Source of the DNA: an uncultured Gemmatimonadaceae bacterium
Lineage (GTDB): Bacteria; Gemmatimonadota; Gemmatimonadetes; Gemmatimonadales; Gemmatimonadaceae
Reading direction: 5' to 3'
Assembly: GCA_963761305.1 (NCBI GenBank)
Contig: CAVXGK010000002.1
Span: forward strand, 448,001 to 512,000
DNA length: 64,000 nt
The notes under the pieces were generated by a model that saw nothing but the letters and a program-made list of their open reading frames with translations, made no database searches and had not been told where the DNA came from. Made by a program: the position numbers and the translations under genes. Positions 57,349-64,000 of the stretch are shown here, piece after piece; position 1 is the first letter of the stretch, and every line of letters starts with the position of its first letter.

Positions 57349-59484
57349 ATGGCCAATTCCGCCCGCATTGACGAGCTCAGAAAGAAATTTGACGAGAACC
57401 CGCGACGGTACTTCGCGCCACTCGCGAACGAGTACCGGAAATCGGGGGATCTCGCGCAGGCCGTCTTCATTCTCGAGGAATACCTGCCCCAGCAGCAGGG
57501 GCACATCAGCGGTCACATCGTCTACGGACAAACCCTCTTTGAGCTGGGACGGGATGAGGAAGCCAAGCGCGTCTTCGAGACCGCGCTGGCGCTCGACCCC
57601 GAGAACCTGATCGCGCTGCGGCACCTCGGACACATCTCGCGCCAAGCGGGCGATTTCGACGCCGCCCGCTCTTGGTACCAGCGATTGCTCGAGGCGGATC
57701 CACGGGACGTCGAAATCGAGCAGCTCCTCGGGTCGCTCGACTCCGCCGCACAGGCGCAGGCGGCGTCCCTGTCGGCCTCCGCCGCGGTCGAGTCCGTTCC
57801 GCCCCCACCAGCGCCGATGCCCGAACCCGACGACGCACCGTTCCGGGTCGAGCACGGCGCTGACCACGACGGTGCGGTTGTCGAGGCCCGGTCGTCGACC
57901 CACCCGCTGGCCCCGCCGCCGCTCTCCTTCTCAACGGGCGCCGCTCGCGACGCCGCGGCGACGCCCGCGGATTCGATGGATGCGGGATCGGGCCCGCCGC
58001 CGCTCCCCACGCCGGTTGCCGAGGAAGTACCCGCGCCCGAGCCGGAACACGAGCTGCTCGATCTCAACGACTTCTCATTCGGGTCGCCGCCGGCACCGAC
58101 CGATCCGGCGTCAGCCTACGAACCGCCCGCGGTCTCGCACGAGATGTCGGACGACGACGAGGCATTCGGCCCGTTGGGGGGTGAGGTCTCTGGCGACGTC
58201 CACGACGCACCGCATGTCGAGGCGTCGTGGAGCGACCCGGAACCTGCGCGCGAGTCGACGGTGGAGTCCTTGGCCGAGGAATCTGACGCGACCGATCCGA
58301 TTCCGCGGGACATGCCGGTTGGATTCGAGCCGTTCTCGGGGCTCGACTCGCATGCCCCCGAATCGGAAACAGAACCCGTCGGCGGGTTCGAGAGCTACAC
58401 GTTCGAGTCGCCCGAAGGTCCGGTGGCCGAGCCCGCGGAGGACGTGATTTCGTACCCCTCGGCGGGCACGTTCTCGACGCCGTCGGAACCGGTGGAACCG
58501 ACCGAAGGGTTCGAGAGCGTCGAGAGGCAATTCGCTGCGGGCGTGGACGCAGATGCCGCGCGCGCCGGCGACGCCGAGCAGTCGGAGCAGTCGGGTCATC
58601 ACGAGGAACCGATCGGCGACGTTCACGAGGCGAACGCAGTCCACGAGCAAGCGGTCAGTGCGACGCCGTCGTCGACGCCGTCGTCGACGCCGGCGATCTC
58701 GACGCCGGCCATCTCGACGCCGATCGTGGCAAGCACGCCGGTCGTCGGGTCGGCGGCGGTTTCCCCCGCTGCAACCGAGGGCGAAGGCGACACGTTCGCG
58801 ACCGAAACGATGGCCCGGCTCTACTTGGGCCAGGGACACCTCGAGTCCGCGCTCGGCATCTATCGCACACTGGCCGCGCGGCGCCCTCACGACGAGTCGC
58901 TGCGCCATCAGATCGACGAGATCGAGGATCGTGTGCAGCGCCGGCGACGCGAACCGACGCCGCCGATGCCGGTGGACGCGACGCCGTCCGCGCCGAGGAT
59001 GCCGATCGACGTCATGGCGATGCCGTCGACTCCGGTGAGCACGCCGGCCGCGACGCGCTCCGCCGGCCCGACGATTCGCGATTTTCTCCTCGGCATCATT
59101 CGTCGAAGCGGCGCGAACGCAGCCGCGTCCGGCGGGTCGAACGGTGGCACGATCGACGCGCTCTTCGGCGCGGGAGACAGCGACGACGCGCTCGGCGACG
59201 ATCTTGTCGCCGCCGACACGCTCGCGCGGGCGTTCGCGCCCGAGCCCGATACCGAGCCGGTGCGCGGCCAACCGACGCGAGAGGCCTCGAACGAATTGTC
59301 GCTCGACACGGTGTTTCGTCAGCCGACAGCGGCGCACGTGGGCGACCGCGCGTCCGGTGGATTCTCCTTCGACCAGTTCTTTGCGGGCGAGCGCAGCGAA
59401 GACATGGGCGCGGGTGACGCACCGGGTGATCCGGACGACATCGAACAATTCAATGCGTGGCTCAACGGACTGAAGAAGTCGTGA
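57349..59484 (+). CDS. TPR protein with a long acidic/Pro linker
   Basis: NPRRYFAPLANEYRKSG, ALDPENLIALRHLG, TETMARLYLGQG, terminal QFNAWLNGLK. Confidence 0.88.
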   Translation: MANSARIDELRKKFDENPRRYFAPLANEYRKSGDLAQAVFILEEYLPQQQGHISGHIVYGQTLFELGRDEEAKRVFETALALDPENLIALRHLGHISRQAGDFDAARSWYQRLLEADPRDVEIEQLLGSLDSAAQAQAASLSASAAVESVPPPPAPMPEPDDAPFRVEHGADHDGAVVEARSSTHPLAPPPLSFSTGAARDAAATPADSMDAGSGPPPLPTPVAEEVPAPEPEHELLDLNDFSFGSPPAPTDPASAYEPPAVSHEMSDDDEAFGPLGGEVSGDVHDAPHVEASWSDPEPARESTVESLAEESDATDPIPRDMPVGFEPFSGLDSHAPESETEPVGGFESYTFESPEGPVAEPAEDVISYPSAGTFSTPSEPVEPTEGFESVERQFAAGVDADAARAGDAEQSEQSGHHEEPIGDVHEANAVHEQAVSATPSSTPSSTPAISTPAISTPIVASTPVVGSAAVSPAATEGEGDTFATETMARLYLGQGHLESALGIYRTLAARRPHDESLRHQIDEIEDRVQRRRREPTPPMPVDATPSAPRMPIDVMAMPSTPVSTPAATRSAGPTIRDFLLGIIRRSGANAAASGGSNGGTIDALFGAGDSDDALGDDLVAADTLARAFAPEPDTEPVRGQPTREASNELSLDTVFRQPTAAHVGDRASGGFSFDQFFAGERSEDMGAGDAPGDPDDIEQFNAWLNGLKKS

Positions 59485-59921
59485 AGATCGCCGTCGTCAA
59501 CGGCCCGAACTTGAATCTGCTCGGGACGCGCGAACCGGCGTTGTACGGTCGGGAAACGCTCGACGATGTCGAGCGATCGTTGCGAAGCGTCGCGAAAGAG
59601 ATCGGCGTCGAACTGCAGTTCGCGCAGCACAACGGCGAGGGGGAGCTCATCGACGCGATTCAGGGGCTGCGCGGCAAGGTCGACGGCGTGGTCATCAACG
59701 CCGGCGCGTACACGCACTCGAGCCTCGCGATTCGCGACGCGCTCGCCGCGATCGCCGCGCCGTTCGTCGAGGTGCACGTGACAAATGTGTATGCGCGTGA
59801 ACCCGAGCGCCGTCACTCGATGCTCGCCAGCGCCGCCGTCGGCAGCATCGTGGGACTCGGCGCGTACGGCTACGAGCTCGCGCTCCGCGGACTCACCCGC
59901 ACGATCGCCGCGCGTGTCTGA
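59481..59921 (+). CDS. aroQ: Type II 3-dehydroquinate dehydratase
   Basis: NGPNLNLLGTREP..YG, INAGAYTHSS, EVHVTN. Confidence 0.96.
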   Translation: MKIAVVNGPNLNLLGTREPALYGRETLDDVERSLRSVAKEIGVELQFAQHNGEGELIDAIQGLRGKVDGVVINAGAYTHSSLAIRDALAAIAAPFVEVHVTNVYAREPERRHSMLASAAVGSIVGLGAYGYELALRGLTRTIAARV

Positions 59922-61008
59922 CGTTCGTGTCGCGCGGCTCGCCGCGCTCGTCGATGCCATTACCGCGGCCCATCTCGATGGGCTGCTGGTCACCAGCCTG
60001 CCCAACATTCGTTATCTGACCGGCTTCTCGGGGTCGAGCGCGCTCTTGTTCGTCACCGCTCGGGATGCGCTGTTCATCACCGACTTTCGGTATCAGACGC
60101 AAATCGTCGACGAAGTCGGCGACTTTGCGCGCGTGGTGATCGAGCCGCAGAGCCTATGGGCCGGGCTGTGGCAGCAACTCGGCTCGCACGCTGGCCTGGA
60201 AGTGGCGGGCTTCGAATCCACGCATCTCGTGCATCGCGACTTTCAGCGTTTGCTCGAGGAGAGCGGCGGCGCGCGGTGGCAGTGGCGCCCGACGGTCGAT
60301 CTCGTCGAGACGTTGCGCGAGCGAAAGGATCCGAGCGAATTGGCGCTGATCGAAGCGGCCAACGGGATCGCGACGCGGGCGCTCGAGCACACGTTGCCCC
60401 AGCTTCGCGCCGGCATGACCGAACTACAGGTTGCCGGCGTGCTCGAAAAGGCGCTTCGCGACGAAGGCAGCGAAGGCTTTCCCTTTGAATCGATCGTCGC
60501 GTCGGGACCGCGATCGGCGCTGCCGCACGCGCGGTCCACGTCGCGCCGCGTGGACGACGGCGATTTCCTGCTGCTCGATTTTGGCGCCGAAACCGGCGGG
60601 TATTGCTCTGACATCACGCGCACCTTCGTGATGGGACGCGCCGCGGCCGAGCAGCGCGAGGTTTACGAAATTGTACGGGTGGCGAACGAGAGCGCGTCGC
60701 AGGGTGTGCGGGCCGGAATGTCGGGGCGGGATGCCGACGCCATCGCTCGCGAGTACATTCAGCGGCGCGGATTTGGCGAGCTGTTCGGGCACAGCCTCGG
60801 ACACGGCTTGGGGCTCGAGGTGCACGAAGCGCCGCGGCTCGCAAAGACGGCCGACGGGGCGTTGGCGGAAGGCGCGGTGGTGACGATCGAGCCGGGCATC
60901 TATCGCCCGGGATGGGGTGGGGTGCGGATCGAGGACGACGTCGTCCTTGCGGCGAGCGGTGCGCGGGTCCTCACGCGGTTCACGCACGAGCTGATCGAGC
61001 TCGGGTGA
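59914..61008 (+). CDS. Xaa-Pro aminopeptidase (M24 family)
   Basis: NIRYLTGFSGS, YCSDITRT, HSLGHGLGLEVHE, IEPGIY, GVRIEDD. Confidence 0.94.
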   Translation: MSDVRVARLAALVDAITAAHLDGLLVTSLPNIRYLTGFSGSSALLFVTARDALFITDFRYQTQIVDEVGDFARVVIEPQSLWAGLWQQLGSHAGLEVAGFESTHLVHRDFQRLLEESGGARWQWRPTVDLVETLRERKDPSELALIEAANGIATRALEHTLPQLRAGMTELQVAGVLEKALRDEGSEGFPFESIVASGPRSALPHARSTSRRVDDGDFLLLDFGAETGGYCSDITRTFVMGRAAAEQREVYEIVRVANESASQGVRAGMSGRDADAIAREYIQRRGFGELFGHSLGHGLGLEVHEAPRLAKTADGALAEGAVVTIEPGIYRPGWGGVRIEDDVVLAASGARVLTRFTHELIELG

Positions 61009-61048
61009 TGACGCCAACTCGGTATCCGGCGCGACTCTTCGGAAGCCT

Positions 61049-61555
61049 ATGATCGACCTACGCTACGTCAAGAAATTGATCGACATCATCGACGAATCAA
61101 CCGTCGATTCGATCGAGATCACGTCGGACAAGGGCTTGAAGATCCGTATATCAAAAAGCCCCCAACAGCGCGGCGCGGTGCAGGTGGCCGCGCCGATGCC
61201 GATACCTACGATGGTACCAGCCGTTCCCACCGCCGGCGGGCGAACCTCTCCGGCGCAGGGTGTTCCGGCCGTCGCGGAACCCGAGGCGGCGGCGGAATCG
61301 GCGAAATCGGCCGCGCTCGACGTCAAATCACCGATGGTCGGCACGTACTACAAGTCACCGGAGCCGGGATCGAAGGCGTACGTCGTGGTCGGCGACCGCG
61401 TCAAGAAAGGCCAGATCCTGTGCATCATCGAGGCGATGAAGATCATGAACGAGATCGAGTCGGAGTTCTCCGGCGTCGTGCGCGAGATCCTCGTCGAGGA
61501 TGCACAGCCGGTCGAGTACGGCCAGGCCCTGTTTAGGATCGATCCCAATGGCTAA
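61049..61555 (+). CDS. accB: Acetyl-CoA carboxylase biotin carboxyl carrier protein
   Basis: SPMVGT, EAMKIMNEI. Confidence 0.97.
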   Translation: MIDLRYVKKLIDIIDESTVDSIEITSDKGLKIRISKSPQQRGAVQVAAPMPIPTMVPAVPTAGGRTSPAQGVPAVAEPEAAAESAKSAALDVKSPMVGTYYKSPEPGSKAYVVVGDRVKKGQILCIIEAMKIMNEIESEFSGVVREILVEDAQPVEYGQALFRIDPNG

Positions 61556-62750
61556 CGCTCCCGCCCCGCAGCAGGCGCCGACCGCACCCGCACCGTCGCC
61601 GATGGCGCCGCCGGCCGCGGCGCCCTCCGGCATCAACTTCAAGGCCGTTCTGCAGGAGATGATCCGGCGCAACGGCTCGGACATCCACCTCAAGGTCGGT
61701 CGGCCGCCGACGGTGCGCGTCGACGGCGAGTTGATCGCGCTCGAGCACGCGCCGCTGCGCCCCGAGGATCTCAAGAATCTCGCCGAGCAGCTCATGACGC
61801 CGCGGCAGGTCAATCTCTTCTCGGATGAGAAGGAGTGCGACTTCGCGATCGGCGTGCCGGGCATCGGCCGCTTCCGCGTGAACCTGTACCAGCAGCGCGG
61901 TTCGTTGTGCTTCGCGATGCGCGCGATTCCGTATCAGGCGCGCACGGTCACGGAACTGAACCTGCCGCCGGTGCTCGAGGAGATCGCGATGAAGCCGCGC
62001 GGCCTCGTGCTCGTGACCGGCGTGACGGGCTCGGGCAAGTCGACGACGCTGGCGGCGATGATCCAGCACATCAACCAGCATCGCCGCTCCAACGTGATCA
62101 CGATCGAAGATCCGATCGAGTTCCTGCACCGCGATCTGAACAGCCACATCAACCAGCGCGAGATCGGCACCGACACGGCGACGTTCGGCCAGGCGCTCCG
62201 CCGCGTGCTGCGCCAGGACCCCGACGTCATCCTCATCGGCGAAATTCGAGACCTCGAAACGCTCGACACGGCGCTCAAGGCGGCCGACACGGGCCACCTC
62301 GTTTTCTCGACGCTGCACACGACGGACGCGACACAGACGATCAACCGCGTGCTGTCGTTCTATCCGCCGCACCAGGCGGCCGAAGTCCGGTTCTCGCTGG
62401 CGAGCGCGCTCGCCGCGGTGGTCTCGCAGCGTCTCGTGCCGCGCGCCGACAAGGCCGGCCGAATTCCGGCGTGCGAAATCCTCATCAACACCGCCGCCGT
62501 GCGCGACAACATCCGCGACATGGAAAAGATGCTCAACATTCCGGACCTCATCAAAGAGGGCAACGTGCAGTACGGAATGCAGAGCTTCGACCAGTCGTTG
62601 ATGCATCTCTATTCCCAAGGCTCGATCTCCTACGAAAGCGCGCTGTTTTACGCGACCGCTCCCGCCGAGTTTGCCTTGCGGGTGCAGGGCGTCTCGGGAT
62701 CGAGCGACACGACGTGGACGGGGTTCGAAGGCGGCGCGAAGAGCAAGTAA
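61548..62750 (+). CDS. pilT: Type IV pilus retraction ATPase, PilT/PilU family
   Basis: SDIHL, GRFRVN, GVTGSGKSTT, TIEDPIE, RQDPDVILIGEIRD, TLHT, GMQSFDQ. Confidence 0.93.
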   Translation: MANAPAPQQAPTAPAPSPMAPPAAAPSGINFKAVLQEMIRRNGSDIHLKVGRPPTVRVDGELIALEHAPLRPEDLKNLAEQLMTPRQVNLFSDEKECDFAIGVPGIGRFRVNLYQQRGSLCFAMRAIPYQARTVTELNLPPVLEEIAMKPRGLVLVTGVTGSGKSTTLAAMIQHINQHRRSNVITIEDPIEFLHRDLNSHINQREIGTDTATFGQALRRVLRQDPDVILIGEIRDLETLDTALKAADTGHLVFSTLHTTDATQTINRVLSFYPPHQAAEVRFSLASALAAVVSQRLVPRADKAGRIPACEILINTAAVRDNIRDMEKMLNIPDLIKEGNVQYGMQSFDQSLMHLYSQGSISYESALFYATAPAEFALRVQGVSGSSDTTWTGFEGGAKSK

Positions 62751-64000
62751 ATGTTCAACAAGGTGCTCATCGCCAACCGCGGCGAGATCGCACTGCGCGT
62801 CATCCGTGCCTGCCGTGAGCTCGGCGTGCAGACGGTTGCGGTGTACTCGGAGGCGGACCGCGAGTCGCTACACGTGCGCTTCGCCGACGACGACGTTTGC
62901 ATCGGTCCCGCGCCGGCGCGTGAATCGTACCTGAACATTCCGCGCCTGATCGCCGCCGCCGAGATCACCGGCGCCGACGCGATCCATCCCGGATACGGAT
63001 TCCTCGCCGAGAACGCGGAGTTCGCCGACATCTGCGCCGCGTCGAAGATCGCGTTCATCGGCCCGACGGGCGATCAGATTCGCATGATGGGCGACAAGGC
63101 CGCCGCGCGTGGCGCGATGACCAAAGTCGGTGTGCCGATCATCCCGGGCACACCGGGCCCGGTAGAAGACGTCGATGAAGCGCTGGAGTTCGCGCGCGGC
63201 ATCGGATTTCCCGTCATCATCAAGGCGGCGGCCGGCGGCGGCGGCAAGGGAATGCGCGTGGCGCGCGACCCGGATGATTTCGCGCGCTCGTTCCAGCTCG
63301 CGCGATCAGAAGCTCTTTCCGCCTTCGGCAACGGCGACGTTTATGTCGAGAAGTACTTGGCACGTCCCCGCCACATAGAATTTCAGATCCTCGGCGACAC
63401 GTTCGGCCACGTGATTCACCTCGGCGAGCGTGATTGCTCGGTGCAGCGTCGCCACCAGAAGCTGATCGAGGAAGCGCCGAGTCCGGCGATGACGCCCAAG
63501 TTGCGCGAAGAGATGGGTCGCGCGGCGGTCGCGGGAGCGAAGGCGATCGACTACGTCGGCGCCGGCACGATCGAGATGCTGCTCGACGAGGATGGATCGT
63601 ACTTCTTCATGGAGATGAACACGCGCATCCAGGTCGAACATCCGGTCACCGAGATGCTCACCGGGATCGACCTCGTGAAGGAACAGATCCGGGTCGCAGC
63701 GGGCGAGCCGCTGAGCGTGACCGAGCTGCCGGAGCTGCGCGGCCACGTGATCGAGGTCCGCGTGAACGCCGAGGATCCGTCGCGGAACTTTCAGCCGTCG
63801 CCGGGCAAAATCCTCACCTTTCATCCGCCGGGCGGCCCAGGTGTGCGCTTGGACACACACGTCTACGACGGCTACACGGTGCCGCCGTACTATGATTCGC
63901 TCTTGGCGAAGCTCATTTGCCAAGGTCGCGACCGCGCCGAGGCGATCGCGCGCATGCATGTAGCGCTCGACGGGTTTATCATCGAAGGCGTGACGACGAC
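62751..64000 (+). CDS. accC: Acetyl-CoA carboxylase biotin carboxylase, runs off the window end
   Basis: Read from [56 protein letters not shown]. Confidence 0.97.
   Translation, partial: MFNKVLIANRGEIALRVIRACRELGVQTVAVYSEADRESLHVRFADDDVCIGPAPARESYLNIPRLIAAAEITGADAIHPGYGFLAENAEFADICAASKIAFIGPTGDQIRMMGDKAAARGAMTKVGVPIIPGTPGPVEDVDEALEFARGIGFPVIIKAAAGGGGKGMRVARDPDDFARSFQLARSEALSAFGNGDVYVEKYLARPRHIEFQILGDTFGHVIHLGERDCSVQRRHQKLIEEAPSPAMTPKLREEMGRAAVAGAKAIDYVGAGTIEMLLDEDGSYFFMEMNTRIQVEHPVTEMLTGIDLVKEQIRVAAGEPLSVTELPELRGHVIEVRVNAEDPSRNFQPSPGKILTFHPPGGPGVRLDTHVYDGYTVPPYYDSLLAKLICQGRDRAEAIARMHVALDGFIIEGVTT

Overview
High-GC bacterial chromosome segment, almost all housekeeping genes on the + strand. 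Gene content and order suggest Gemmatimonadota (inference, not a database result). In order: end of the alpha ribosomal operon (rpsK-rpsD-rpoA-rplQ) plus rpmB; a nucleotide-sugar cluster (gmd, rmd-like, wbpD/B/E/A-like, ugd, epimerase) with carB embedded; bamD-nadD-secA-radC-rel; an accessory patch with a polytopic membrane protein and a ~900-bp degenerate 21-nt-periodic array; uvrB-tsaE-tsaB-rimI-ssb-LysM; ccsA-sirC-hemA-epimerase; tolQRAB-pal-cpoB-tatC-lptD; hutH-hutU-radical SAM-hutI; a large TPR protein, polyprenyl synthase and tatA; a small secreted protein behind a sigma54-type promoter; a ppiD/surA-like gene; and a second TPR protein, aroQ, pepP, accB, pilT and partial accC. Several essential genes carry single-base insertions, most likely assembly errors. 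Most unusual: (1) the ~43-unit, phase-conserved 21-nt array at 24727-25629; (2) a radical SAM gene translationally coupled inside the hut operon; (3) a possible dispersed type IV pilus/polarity module (pilT inside accB-accC, two TPR proteins); (4) candidate structured leaders upstream of rpoA and ssb. No rRNA, tRNA, CRISPR array or transposase was recognised.
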